From assembly GCA_965226885.1 (NCBI GenBank), contig CBDDEL010000015.1, forward strand, positions 448,001 to 512,000: 64,000 nt of DNA. Direction: 5' to 3'. Source of the DNA: Opitutales bacterium (GTDB taxonomy: Bacteria; Verrucomicrobiota; Verrucomicrobiia; Opitutales; UBA2987). The notes under the pieces are model-generated. The model was given only the letters and a program-made list of their open reading frames with translations, did no database searches and was not told the origin of the DNA. The translations under genes were made by a program, and so were the position numbers. This document shows positions 41,277 through 52,800 of the stretch, piece after piece. Numbering within the stretch: position 1 is the first letter of the stretch; the number at the start of each line of letters is the position of its first letter.

Positions 41277-44200
41277 CGCTTTGGGAGGAGGATTTCTCTG
41301 AGATTAAAAATTACCTCGACGAACTTCGGGAAGGCGGGATCACAGATTTCAAAGCCTATTTTAGGGATAATCCGGATTCTGTCAGGCATTGCTCAAGTCT
41401 CCTTAAAATTATCGATATCAACAAGGCAGGGATAGACTTATACAATGCAGGGATAGACTTATACAATGCCGATAACAAAGAGGAGGTAATAGCCAATATG
41501 GATCCATTTTCCGGCGACGAATGGGTTTCATTGTTTGCAGCAGAATTGGTGGCTTTACTCGAAGGACATACTCCTTACTCAGCCGAATTTCCTGAAAAAA
41601 AAATCACCAATGAGCACTTCTATTTTATAGTGAATGTTATCTTGATGCCCGGTTGTGAGGATAATTGGTCAAGAGTCATTGTTGCCTCAACCGACATAAC
41701 TGAATGGAAGCATACTCAAGAAGAGTTGAATACGGCCAAGGAAGCAGCTGAATCGATGGCCCTGCAAGCTGAGAAAGCCAACCAGGCCCGGAGCCGGTTT
41801 CTCTCCCACATGAGCCATGAGTTGCGTACGCCCCTCAGTGTCATTCTTGGATTTTCCGACCTGCTTAGAGGCCAGACTTTCGGTAAAATAAACGAAAAAC
41901 AATTCGATTACCTAAGCAAAATCGAGGAAGCCGGCAGGCATCTTTTAAGCCTCATAAACGATTTGTTAGATTTGTCAAAAATCGATGCCGGGCAGATGGT
42001 TATGGAATCGGTTATGTTTCAACCGGAAAACCTGATTGATTCCGTGGTTTCTCTGATGAGAATTCAATTCAGCAAGAAAAGACATTCAGCAAGAAAAGAC
42101 AGGTAGTAAAATCCTATTGTGACCCGAATATTGAGATGATTTTTGGGGACCTTCGCAAGTGTAAACAAATCATGCTCAATCTTCTTTCCAATGCCCTAAA
42201 ATAGAGGCTGTCCCAAAAGGGTGATTTTTGCGAGGGCTTTTGATAGGCGCTCATTTTAGAGGTATTTGCATTTGGGAGAGTATCAACTTTGCTCTCCTAT
42301 GACGTTAGGATACTGGTTTTGGGGTCCGGTTGCCTGGTTTTCTTTGTATGAGCCGACAGTAAGGCTGTGAAAAAGTATTGTCCTTGCTTTTCCGCTCTCT
42401 AGGCCGCCGCTTTGGTTTTTAGTTCGTCTTGCTGGGCCAGCATCTTGGCTACTTTCCATAGGTTGTGCGAGAGTACCGACCAGGCTACGCTGATCGAGCG
42501 GTTGGCAAAGCCTTTGCTGCGCAACCGCCCGGCCTGCCAGCGATTCTTCAATACCCCGATCCGCCCTTCGGTGCTGGCCCGGCGCTTTTGCAATTGTCTG
42601 AACAGTGGTTCCTCCATCCGTTTTTTCAACTGCTTCGGATCGCGTGGACAGAGCGCGTCGTAGATTCCCTCCTGGGCTAACTGCCGGCGGGCCCGCTGGG
42701 AGGCAAATCCCCGGTCCGCGCACATGGCCGCTATGGGTTCTTCCAGGTTGAAGCGGTTCTGTCTTTGCAAACTCTCTTGCATTTGTTCATTTTCGCTTGG
42801 AGTTCGGCTGCCGTAGAGTTTCCAGTCCAGCAGGTACCCTTCAACGCTTTCTCCCAAAAACAGGGTGTTGCCGAACTCGACCTCTTGGCCCGCTTTACCT
42901 CGCACAATCACCTGCCCATCGAGTTCGTAAACACTCAAGACTTTCTCTGCGTTTTTCACCTGGCGGCCGCCAATGATCCGCTCGTGCGCCTGTTTGATGA
43001 CCACCGGGATTTGCTCGCTCATGCGCTCCATCCGGGCGAGGATCTGTTGGACCTGTTTTTCGCTGTAATCGCTTTGCTCCCAGCAGGCTTGCAATAATTC
43101 CCGGTGACTGCGGGCATGCTCCCCGAGCCGTTTGAGCAGCTTTTTCATCTGCCTCAAGATACCCTTGCGCTGCCGCGCGCTGTCCTTTCGCCGCCGGCTG
43201 TGGGTCATCTGTATGCACAGCCGATTCATCTGCCGAGCCAAGGGCTCCGGTTCGATCGGCATGCGATGGCGCACACCGGCCTTCTCGCGGATCAGCCGGA
43301 TCGCTTTGAGCAACGTGCCGGCTACATCCTTGAGTAATACCCAGTCCGTCGGCCAATGAATGTTAGCCTCCAAACAGGTGCCGTCGATCAGGCAAATGGT
43401 GGTGTCAATCGGCTTGTCCAATCCCACCTGCCGGGCCAGAAGGGCATCGCCCACCACCTCAGTCAAGGTCCGGTGCAAGGCCCTCAACTGCTCTTCGCTG
43501 AAAAACTTCGAAGCCCGCTCCAGGGTGCTTTTGGAGATGCCCCTGATGCCATCGATCTGCCGGACACGGCAAAAGTCGGCCAACAGATCGCTGCTGCCCA
43601 GAGCCCGCGACAAATGCCGAAACGAAATCCCTCCGAGCAGACGGCCCAGCGTATCCATGCGCAGTGCCTTGATGGCAAAACTGGCCCGCTGCCGCCGGGC
43701 CTTTAGACCCATTGGCGGCCACCCCTCCAAGGCCAGCTCAATGGCCTGCGATTCCACCTCCGAGTCGATCAGCAGCCGATCGATTCGATCAATGGTGGCG
43801 CGGAAGTTATCGTAATCGAGGCACCGGTCGACCACAGTTAAAGCTGGACGCAGGAGGCATTGGATGGCTATATTTTTCATAGAAAGGGCTATATATTGAT
43901 TTTCGCTAACTCAATTATAGAACCCTTTTTTGGCCGGATCGAGCAAAAACTTGCTCTTTCCGGCTCTTTTTATCAACGTCATCCAGTTGACTATAAAATC
44001 TTTATATCTTTGGGACAGCCTCTAAAATATACACCCGAAGATGGGTGCATTGAGATTCGCACAGAATTGGTTTCAGATTCGGCGGTCAGGATATCGGTCA
44101 GCGATACCGGTATCGGAATACCGGCCGACCAAATCAATGTAATTTTTAACGAATTTTATCAAACGGATCGGGCTCGAGATGAAGGATTGGGTGGAACGGG

Positions 44201-44445
44201 AATCGGGTTGGCTCTGACCAAGAGGCTGGTGGAATTGCACGGGGGAAAAATTGGCGTAGAGAGCATCCCAGGGGAGGGCAGCAAATTCTGGTTTACCCTA
44301 CCGTTTGTTAAAACAGAGAGAGCTGAAGTTGAAGTAATGGATAAAAACTAGGGCCGCAAGGCAGACGATTTTCCTAAAGGCAGTCGCATTTTCCCGGTCG
44401 AAGACAACGGGGTAATCGTTGCCATGATTCTGGACATGTTCAACT
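41277..44445 (+). pseudogene. PAS-containing (hybrid) sensor histidine kinase, multiply disrupted
   Basis: H-box MSHELRTPL, N-box NLLSNALKYT split by an IS, G boxes DTGIGI and GTGIGL. 17-bp frameshifting duplication at 42067-42100. Receiver-like remnant (VEDN) after the stop at 44349. Confidence 0.88.
42204..44022 (-). mobile_element. IS5/ISNCY-like element, copy 2 (transposase 42399..43880)
   Basis: Same IRs as copy 1; duplicated taaaata flanks. Confidence 0.92.
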
Positions 44446-44461
44446 CCACCAAGATTTCGCT

Positions 44462-44845
44462 TTAAATAACTTCGGCGTAACTGGCGGAGTCGAGGAGGGC
44501 TGCGGCCTGGCCGGTCTCGGCCTCTTCCACTTTTATTTTAATCATCCAGGCCCGGCCGTAGGGGTCGTCGTTGACCAGTTCCGGGGCCTCTTCCAAATCC
44601 TCGTTAATTTCGATGATTTCCCCGCCCAGAGGCATGAACAGGTCGGAGGCGGCCTTGACCGATTCGACCACCCCGAAGGTATCGCCCCGGGCTAAAGAAT
44701 CTCCCGGCTGGGGAAGATCCACAAAGGTGACATCGCCCAGGCTCTGCTGGGCGTGATCGGTGACCCCCACGGTGGCCACATCATCGATCAGCCGCACCCA
44801 TTCATGATCCTTTGTGTAGAGCAAGTCATTGGGTATATTATTCAT
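44462..44845 (-). CDS. gcvH: Glycine cleavage system H protein
   Basis: YTKDHEW, VESVKAASD lipoyl-lysine motif. Confidence 0.97.
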   Translation of the reverse strand: MNNIPNDLLYTKDHEWVRLIDDVATVGVTDHAQQSLGDVTFVDLPQPGDSLARGDTFGVVESVKAASDLFMPLGGEIIEINEDLEEAPELVNDDPYGRAWMIKIKVEEAETGQAAALLDSASYAEVI

Positions 44846-44885
44846 CTTGGATTGTTGATATTTTTTAAATTCGAAAACGAAATGC

Positions 44886-45974
44886 CTATTTATGCAAGGG
44901 AGGTTTTTTGACTTGGAGAGGAATTAAATGTCCACGTAAATCCACCTCCAGGCTCTGGAGGTCGGTTCCATTAAGCGAAACCAGAGCAGAGCCGATGGGC
45001 TGATTGATGATGGGGGAAAAACTACCCGAAACCACCTCGCCCACTTTTTTTCCACAGAAAATTACCGGTGTGCCGGGGCGGGCGATGCGGCGGCCGTCCA
45101 GGTGAAAAAATACGATGCGCCGGGAGGAACCGCGTGCTTTTTCCGCCGCCAGGGCTTCCTTGCCGATGAAGTCGCCCTCCTTATTCAGTTTAACCGTCCA
45201 ACCCAGACGGGCCTCGAGGGGTGAAATGCTTTCCGTGATCTCATGCCCATAGAGGGAGAAGCCGGCTTCCAGGCGCAGGCTGTCGCGGGCACCCAGACCG
45301 CAGGGGCCGATGCCGAGGTATTTCCCGGCGTCCAGGATGCTGCGGGCAATGGTCGAGCCGACATCCCAGGGGCAGTAAATTTCCACTCCTTCCTCGCCCG
45401 TATAACCGGTCCGGCTGATCATGGCAGGGACGCCGGCGACGATTGCGTCGATGATGGAAAAAGGAGGCATTTCCTCCAGTTTGACCACGGTCAGCGGAGC
45501 CATCGCGGATAGCGCCAAGGGGCCTTGCAGGGCCAATTGGGTATAATCGGCAGAGACGTTTTCGACCTCACAATTGAAGGAGGCGGCATTTTCCCGAATC
45601 CAGTCGTAATCGGATTCCGTATTGTTGGCATTGACACACAGCATGTAGGAATCTTTCTTCAAACGGTAAATGAGAAGATCGTCCACCACGCCCCCGTCTT
45701 CATTGCACATGACTGTGTATTGGGCCTGGCGATTCTTCAGTTTTGCCACATCGTTGGTTACCAGGTAATTCAAGAATTTCTCGGCCAGGGGACCGGTCAC
45801 GTTTACCTCGCCCATGTGGCTGACATCAAAGAGGCCGGCAGATTGACGCACCATGCGATGCTCTTCCAGGATGCCGGTATACTGGACCGGCATTTCCCAA
45901 CCGCCGAATTCTACAAAACGAGCCCTATGCTCTTGATGAAAGTTGTAGAGGGCCGTGCGCTTAGGAGAACTCAT
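44886..45974 (-). CDS. gcvT: Glycine cleavage aminomethyltransferase T
   Basis: FGGWEMPVQY, FDVSHMGE, SRTGYTGE, GLGARDSLRLEAG. Confidence 0.97.
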   Translation of the reverse strand: MSSPKRTALYNFHQEHRARFVEFGGWEMPVQYTGILEEHRMVRQSAGLFDVSHMGEVNVTGPLAEKFLNYLVTNDVAKLKNRQAQYTVMCNEDGGVVDDLLIYRLKKDSYMLCVNANNTESDYDWIRENAASFNCEVENVSADYTQLALQGPLALSAMAPLTVVKLEEMPPFSIIDAIVAGVPAMISRTGYTGEEGVEIYCPWDVGSTIARSILDAGKYLGIGPCGLGARDSLRLEAGFSLYGHEITESISPLEARLGWTVKLNKEGDFIGKEALAAEKARGSSRRIVFFHLDGRRIARPGTPVIFCGKKVGEVVSGSFSPIINQPIGSALVSLNGTDLQSLEVDLRGHLIPLQVKKPPLHK

Positions 45975-46230
45975 TTTATCTGGTTCAGGAGTTTTTAGAT
46001 GAATAATAATTCAGGCCGATTACCAAGGTTCCACAAACTCCTTTCTTGCCTGCTTTTATTTTGTAAAAATTTAATCCATAAACGAATTGCCGATCGTGGA
46101 AACGTCAAGAAAGAAGCGGAGGCATTCTTCCCCGGAAGTAGTCATGAAAAAGAAATCCTTGAATTTTGAGGGCAAAAGTGTTTCGCTGGTTTTTCGGGTT
46201 GCCACCTAAACTTATCGGCAGCCTGTCCTC

Positions 46231-47340
46231 ATGACAGCGCTTCTACTCCCCGTCTGCTTCACACTTTTTGTATCGGGCTTTTGTTCCCTGCTGGAAGCCT
46301 TTATCCTAAGCGTCACCACGGCGGAAATAGAATTTCTGAAAAAAAGCAAACCCCCGAGGGGACTTTTGCTGGAAAAATTCAAGCGCGACATTGAATTGAC
46401 CAGCTCGGCTATCCTGACCCTCAACACCATCGCCAATACTCTGGGGGCCATGTGGGTGGCCGCCGTCGCTACTCGAGTGGCCGGAAATCTGGTGGGGCTG
46501 ATCACATTCGGCATGGTCATGGGAATTCTTTTTCTTTCCGAAATTCTTCCCAAAAATATGGGGGTCATTTATCGCAAATCCCTTCTTGCCAACCTCGTAT
46601 ATCCATTGCAACTGGTGCGCTGGTGTATGTATCCGCTATCCTATTTGGCCATGCACTCCATCCGGCTGATGGTTGACCGCGACAATATGGATGAAGAAAA
46701 GGAAGAAGAGGAGGAAATTAAACTCCTGGCCGAGAAACATGCCAAGGATGGGGCCCTATCGACCAGCGAGCGGGATATGATTTTGAACGCCCTCAGCCTG
46801 GACGATGTTCAAATCCACGAAATCATGACCCCGCGCACGGTGGTCCAGGCCCTCGAATCCCATTTATCGGTGGACGAAGTATTCAAGGAGATCAGAATTC
46901 TTTTTTTCGGACGGATGCCGGTATTCGAGGATAATATCGACAATATTGTGGGCCTGGTGCGCCGGCGCGATCTGCTACAGGCGCGGGCCAATGACGAAGA
47001 TGATAAAAGGGTTTCGGGTATGATGATCGACGCCATCTTCGTGCCCGAAACAGCCACCGCGGCCGACGCCCTACAGCAATTCCTCAAGGCTCATCAACAA
47101 TGCGCCGTTGTGGTCGATGAATTTGGGGCCACGGCCGGTGTCGTTACGATGGAGGACATCATGGAACATATCCTGGGCAAGGAAATTTATGAAGACACCG
47201 ATCTGGCTGTCGATATGCGGGAATTGGCCCGCGCCCGCGCTCAGGAGCAAGCCATTGAAGAGAGCGCCTTGCCGGAAGAAAACGAAGACAACCAGCCTTC
47301 GGTCGATGCCAAGGCCAAATCCCACCCGACCAAATCCTGA
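46231..47340 (+). CDS. CNNM/CBS-domain membrane protein (hemolysin C/CorC family)
   Basis: LTLNTIANT, LSEILPK, IMTPRTVV, VVDEFG..GVVTMEDIME. Confidence 0.9.
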   Translation: MTALLLPVCFTLFVSGFCSLLEAFILSVTTAEIEFLKKSKPPRGLLLEKFKRDIELTSSAILTLNTIANTLGAMWVAAVATRVAGNLVGLITFGMVMGILFLSEILPKNMGVIYRKSLLANLVYPLQLVRWCMYPLSYLAMHSIRLMVDRDNMDEEKEEEEEIKLLAEKHAKDGALSTSERDMILNALSLDDVQIHEIMTPRTVVQALESHLSVDEVFKEIRILFFGRMPVFEDNIDNIVGLVRRRDLLQARANDEDDKRVSGMMIDAIFVPETATAADALQQFLKAHQQCAVVVDEFGATAGVVTMEDIMEHILGKEIYEDTDLAVDMRELARARAQEQAIEESALPEENEDNQPSVDAKAKSHPTKS

Positions 47341-47375
47341 TCGGGAATTGCGCCATAATCCGTAGTCTTTGAGAG

Positions 47376-48209
47376 ATGTTTGCCCAGGCGACCAATAACC
47401 AATGGCCGGAATACTGGCTGCATGACCTGAGCCCGTTCATCATCCGGTTCAGCGAAAATTTTGGCCTACGCTGGTATGGTATGGCCTATGTGCTGGGTTT
47501 TTTGGCGGCTTACGGGCTGCTCGCTTTTTACTACAAGAAAGGGCGTTCACCCTGGGATGCCGACCAACAGGCGACCGCTTTCTGGGCCATTATTCTTGGG
47601 GTCGTGGTGGGAGGCAGGCTGGGCTACATGCTGTTCTATGATTGGGGTAACTTTATGCGCAACCCGCTCATAATCATCCGCGTGTGGGAGGGCGGCATGG
47701 CCAGCCACGGAGGATTCGTTGGCAGTTTGCTGGCCGGGATCTGGTTTGCCCGCCGTAGCAAGACGCCCTTTCTCAAAACCGCCGATATATTTTGTACGCT
47801 GCCTCTGCCGGGAATCTTTTTTGGCCGCATTGCAAATTTTATCAATGGAGAGCTTTGGGGAAAAGTAACCGAAGTGCCCTGGGCGGTGCTTTTTCCGGCC
47901 AGTCCCTATCCATTGAGTCCCCGGCACCCTTCTCAATTGTATGAAGCTTTACTGGAGGGGCTTTTGCTTTGCCTTTACACCCAGATTCGCTTCTGGACTG
48001 GTAAGCCGCAAAAGCGGCCCGAAGGACAGCTTTGCGGGGAGTTATTTCTGGTTTATGCCCTAGTTCGCATCCTGGGGGAAGCCTTTCGCGAGCCGGACGC
48101 CGCTCTCATTTTCGGTCTCAGCCGCGGGGTGTTTTATTCCCTTTTTCTTGCCGCCGGGGGGATCGGCATGAATTGTTGGGCTCGGCGCAAAGGAAAATAC
48201 GGTTGTTAA
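47376..48209 (+). CDS. lgt: Prolipoprotein diacylglyceryl transferase
   Basis: RWYG, GGRLGY, GGMASHGG, GRIANFINGEL, RHPSQLYE. Confidence 0.97.
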   Translation: MFAQATNNQWPEYWLHDLSPFIIRFSENFGLRWYGMAYVLGFLAAYGLLAFYYKKGRSPWDADQQATAFWAIILGVVVGGRLGYMLFYDWGNFMRNPLIIIRVWEGGMASHGGFVGSLLAGIWFARRSKTPFLKTADIFCTLPLPGIFFGRIANFINGELWGKVTEVPWAVLFPASPYPLSPRHPSQLYEALLEGLLLCLYTQIRFWTGKPQKRPEGQLCGELFLVYALVRILGEAFREPDAALIFGLSRGVFYSLFLAAGGIGMNCWARRKGKYGC

Positions 48210-48246
48210 AAGGCAATACTCATTTGAGCCGAAATATTGTTGAAAT

Positions 48247-49272
48247 ATGAATACCATTACATTGGAAGAACCGGGCCGATTTTCCCTCAGCGACACCCCT
48301 GAACCTCCGCCTCCGGCCGAAGGCGAGGCCCAGGTGAGGATACACCGCGTGGGCATCTGCGGGACTGATATTCATGCCTACGGCGGGACCATGCCTTATT
48401 TTACCTACCCGGTCATTCCGGGGCACGAACTGGGCGTCGAAGTGGTTGCCACGGGAACCGGCGTATCCCATGTGCAGGCGGGCGACCGCTGTTCGGTGGA
48501 ACCCTACCTGAACTGCGGGCACTGCCATATGTGCCAGGCGGGGCGCACTAATGCATGCCCGGAACTCAAAGTCCTTGGCATCCACACGGACGGGGGTATG
48601 CGCGAACTCATTATCGTCCCCGCAAGCAAGCTGCATCCGTCGGGCGAACTGTCCTACGAGCATCTGGCTTTGGTGGAAACCCTTGGCATCGGCTGCCATG
48701 CGGTGCAGCGAGCGGGCTTGAGTGAAGGCGAAAATGTGCTCGTGGTCGGGGCGGGACCGATCGGGCTGACCGTAATGGCTTTTGCCCGGTTGGCCGGGGC
48801 GCAGGTTTATGCCATGGATATCAATGCTGGGCGTTTGGGGTTCTGCCACCGGGAAATGCAGGTCAAGGGAACCATTCTAGCAGAAGAAGGGGAACCCGCA
48901 GGGGAATTGAGGGAAATGCTCGGCGGGTCGCTGCCCACTGTCGTTTTCGACGCCACCGGTTACGGCCCTTCCATGGAGGCATCATTGCATCTCGTAAATC
49001 CGGGAGGGCGGCTCATTTATGTGGGTGTCTGGAACGGTTCCGTGGGCGTGGACGACCCCGAAATGCACCGTAAGGAGCTGACCATACTGGCATCCCGCAA
49101 CGCACCATCGGGCGACTTCCCATTTATAATCGAAAAGCTCGAATCCGGTGAATTGACGGTCAATTCCTGGATCACCCATCGCTGCCGAGAGGTCGAATTA
49201 ATGGAGCAATTTCCGGTCTGGCTGCAACCGGGTTCAGGTCTTCTCAAAGGCGTGGTGTCCTTTGCGCCCTAA
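48247..49272 (+). CDS. Zinc-binding alcohol dehydrogenase (YjjN/LgoD-like sugar-acid oxidoreductase)
   Basis: GICGTD, GHE, CGHCHMC..C, GAGPIG, SRNA. Confidence 0.88.
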   Translation: MNTITLEEPGRFSLSDTPEPPPPAEGEAQVRIHRVGICGTDIHAYGGTMPYFTYPVIPGHELGVEVVATGTGVSHVQAGDRCSVEPYLNCGHCHMCQAGRTNACPELKVLGIHTDGGMRELIIVPASKLHPSGELSYEHLALVETLGIGCHAVQRAGLSEGENVLVVGAGPIGLTVMAFARLAGAQVYAMDINAGRLGFCHREMQVKGTILAEEGEPAGELREMLGGSLPTVVFDATGYGPSMEASLHLVNPGGRLIYVGVWNGSVGVDDPEMHRKELTILASRNAPSGDFPFIIEKLESGELTVNSWITHRCREVELMEQFPVWLQPGSGLLKGVVSFAP

Positions 49273-49356
49273 AAAAGTTGTTGTCAAAGGGCCGACTTCT
49301 TTAAAAGATTGAGGCTCGAAGTTGACTTTTTTTTTGAATTATAGAACCTTTAAAGT

Positions 49357-49692
49357 ATGAAAATCCAAGCCTACCTCAAACCACAATGCGGATGGAGCAA
49401 CGGCGTGCGCGCCATTTTGGCCAAGTACGAACTGGAATATAATGATCGTGATATTATCAATGATCCTGAAATCTATGCCGAAATGGTCAATAAATCCGGT
49501 CAAACTCTATCACCCTGTGTAGAAATCGACGGCATCATGCTGGCCGATGTGAGCGGAGAAGAGGTGGAGAGTTATTTGCTCAGTAATCAATTGGTAAACC
49601 AGAGCGAAAACAAAACCGATGTGCCCCTCGATGCGCCCTGCACCGACGAGGAGCATGAGAAGATGAATTCGGATACCATCCGGTTTTTCTAA
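49357..49692 (+). CDS. Monothiol glutaredoxin-like protein
   Basis: KPQCGWS motif, SGQTLSPCV. Confidence 0.8.
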   Translation: MKIQAYLKPQCGWSNGVRAILAKYELEYNDRDIINDPEIYAEMVNKSGQTLSPCVEIDGIMLADVSGEEVESYLLSNQLVNQSENKTDVPLDAPCTDEEHEKMNSDTIRFF

Positions 49693-49701
49693 ATTTCGCA
49701 T

Positions 49702-49753
49702 TTCGCCCCGATAGCTGAGCCCATCGGGGCGGAGGTTGGCGAAACCGACTTTT
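49702..49753 (+). terminator. Hairpin(s) after the glutaredoxin, possible terminator
   Basis: cgccccgat/atcggggcg stem, then a second small stem and a T run. Confidence 0.45.
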
Positions 49754-49797
49754 AGGCTCATTTTGTCAATATTCCGATAAGGGTATTGTGGAATCCG

Positions 49798-49841
49798 ATG
49801 TGCTTTTGTTACAATGGCCATGTGCTTTTGTTACAATGGCC
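49798..49841. repeat. Perfect 22-bp tandem duplication atgtgcttttgttacaatggcc upstream of gltB
   Basis: Two adjacent identical copies. Confidence 0.95.
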
Positions 49842-49880
49842 TGTTGAAAGTCGATGAAGCCTAAGAAAAAAAATTTTTAA

Positions 49881-52800
49881 ATGTACACACAATTTCCATC
49901 ACCGCTTTACCGGACGGAAGACGATCACGACGCTTGCGGTGTCGGGTTCGTGGCCAATGTTGATGGGAAAAGGTCCTACGATATCATTGAAAGAGCGGTT
50001 ACGGGCTTGAAAAACCTGGCCCACCGTGGCGCTATCGACGCCGATGCGGTTACCGGCGACGGGGCCGGCCTGCTCACGCAAATACCCTACCCGCTTTTTG
50101 GCAAATACCTGAAATCACTGGGAAAGCCTCTTTATAAAAACACCGACCTGGCCGTCTGCATGGTGTTTTTGGCCCGGGAGGACGAGGAAGCCCGCAATGC
50201 AGGAAAACGCATTATCGAGGAGGCCATTGCAGCGGAGGAGCTTACATTTTTGGCCTGGCGGGAAGTCCCGGTCGATCCTTCCTGTCTAGGAAGAAGAGCG
50301 GAGGAGACCCGGCCCGCCATCCTGCAGGCACTGGCCGCCCGGAGGGAGGAAATTCCCGGTGAAAAATTTGAGCGCAATTGCTACCTGGCCATGAAATCGG
50401 CGGAAAACCGAGCCGCCGGGGAAAAGGTAAAAGATTTTTACATCGTCAGTTTTTCCGGACTCACACTCACCTATAAGGGCCTCCTTAACGCGGACCAATT
50501 GAGGCGTTTTTTCCCCGATTTGCGCTCACCGCTCTACACCAGCGCCTTTGCCATTTTCCATCAACGGTTCGCCACCAACACCATGGCCGACTGGCGGAAG
50601 GCGCAGCCCTATCGGATGGTCGCCCACAACGGTGAAATCAATACCATTGGGGGCAACCGCAACCTCATGCGGGCGCGGGAATCCTCCTCCTCTCATGGTA
50701 TCTGGAGAGAGCGGTTCAAGGATTTGAAGCCCATAGTTCAGCCGCAAATGAGCGATTCGGCCAGTTTCGACAATGTCCTCCAGCTCATTACTCTGGGCGG
50801 ACGTTCCTGCATCCAGAGCGCCTCCATGATGCTGCCCCATTCGTGGGAAAAGGATGTCGGACTACAGGAAAATATTCGTGATTTTTACCGTTTTCACTCC
50901 ACCATCATGGAACCCTGGGATGGGCCCGCGGCGATGGTTTTTTCCGACGGGCGATATGTTGGAGCGGCCCTAGATCGCAGCGGCCTGCGGCCTTTGCGCT
51001 ACAAAGTTTACGAGGACGGCACGATGGTTATTGCCTCTGAAACAGGGGTTGTGCCGGACTGGGGTTCCCCCGTGGTCACCAACGGGCGGCTGGGGCCGGG
51101 CCGAATGGTGGCGGTGGACCTGCGTGCGCGCCGCATCCTGGAAGACGAGGATCGCAAGGAATACCTGGGCAATCTGGCCAACTATGGCTGGTGGTGCCAG
51201 GAATCCATCCACAATCTGCAAAAGATGGCCGGGGCTCCGGTGGATTGGAGTAAAGTCTCCACCACCCCCAATGATTTGCCGGCCCTGCAAATTGTGTTCG
51301 ACTACGATCAGGATGAAAAGGAGATTATTCTTCATCCCATGATTGAATCAGGTTACGAGCCCTTGGGCTCGATGGGTGACGATACACCATTGGCCATCCT
51401 TTCGCGCCGCCCCCGCCTACTCTACACTTATTTCAAACAGCTTTTTGCCCAAGTGACTAACCCCGCCATTGATCCCATCCGGGAATCCATCATCATGTCG
51501 CTGACGATGTACCTGGGCGGCAGGTATGGTTTGTTCGAGGGAATTACCCACAGTCGTGATTTTCTGGAGCTGGAGTCCCCCCTTCTTTTCGATCATGAAT
51601 TCGAGAAAATTCATCATGGTGCGTTCTTTCAAAATCGGATTTTCAAACTGGAATCCTTATTCGATGTCGAGAAAGGGGCGGATGGGATGCGGGCGGCCGT
51701 GCGGGCGCTTTGCGAAGAATCGCGGCGGTTGGTGCGGGATGAAGAAGCTCGCATAATAATACTCTCCGACCGTGGGGTAAACGCTGACCGGGCGCCAATT
51801 CCCATGCTTCTGGCGGTGGGCGCGGTCAATCAATCCCTCACCAGAGCAGGGCTGCGCCTCAATGCCGACATCGTGGCGGAGACAGGAGAAGCCAGGGATG
51901 TCCACCAGAATGCCTGCCTGCTTGGTTATGGGGCCAATGCGATTTATCCCTACCTGGCATTGGACCTAGTGCGTGAACTCTGCCGCGAATCGTCGGAATC
52001 GACCCCGCTCGATCCGGAAAATGCCCTCAAAAATTATCGCCAGGCGGTGGATCGGGGTATTCTCAAAATCATGTCCAAAATGGGCATCAGCACGCTTTTC
52101 AGTTATAACGGAGCCCAAGTGTTCGAGGCCATTGGTCTTTCTCGCAAGCTGGTTAAGGAATGCTTTTTGGGCACTCCATCCCCGATTGACGGAATTTCCT
52201 ACCGCGAGGTGGCCGCAGAAGTCCTCCGGCGGCACGAGACCGCCTTCGCATCCGCAGAACCGGTTGCGATTGGCTCCCACGGTTATTACAAAGTCAACAA
52301 ACGAGGCGGCGGAGAATTTCACGGTTGGAACCCGAAAGTGGTCTCCGGCATGAATCGATTTATACGCTCGGGCAATATCGAAAAATTTAACCAGGCGGCC
52401 GAGACGCATCCCCCTGTCGGCTTGAAAAATCTCTTACGGCTGCGCCCGAAAGGGGAACCCGTGCCTTTGCCGGAAATTGAGTCCATCGAGGACATACGGC
52501 GACGGTTTACGACCGCTGGAATGTCTCTGGGAGCCCTCTCTCCGGAGGCCCACGAATGCCTGGCCATTGCCATGAACGAGATCGGGGGCAAATCCAATTC
52601 GGGCGAAGGGGGGGAGGATCCACGCAGGTTCCATCCTCTGGAAAACGGGGACAACGCCAACAGCGCGATCAAGCAGGTGGCCAGCGGCCGATTCGGTGTG
52701 ACCGCGGAGTATCTGGCCAATGCCCGGGAAATAGAAATTAAAATCGCCCAGGGCGCCAAACCGGGAGAGGGAGGGCAGCTTCCCGGCCACAAGGTCTCTA

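Noticed and set aside
45975..46230. Glycine riboswitch upstream of gcvT
   Set aside because: The conserved GGAGA/CCGAAG/CUCAGG elements were not found on the minus strand.
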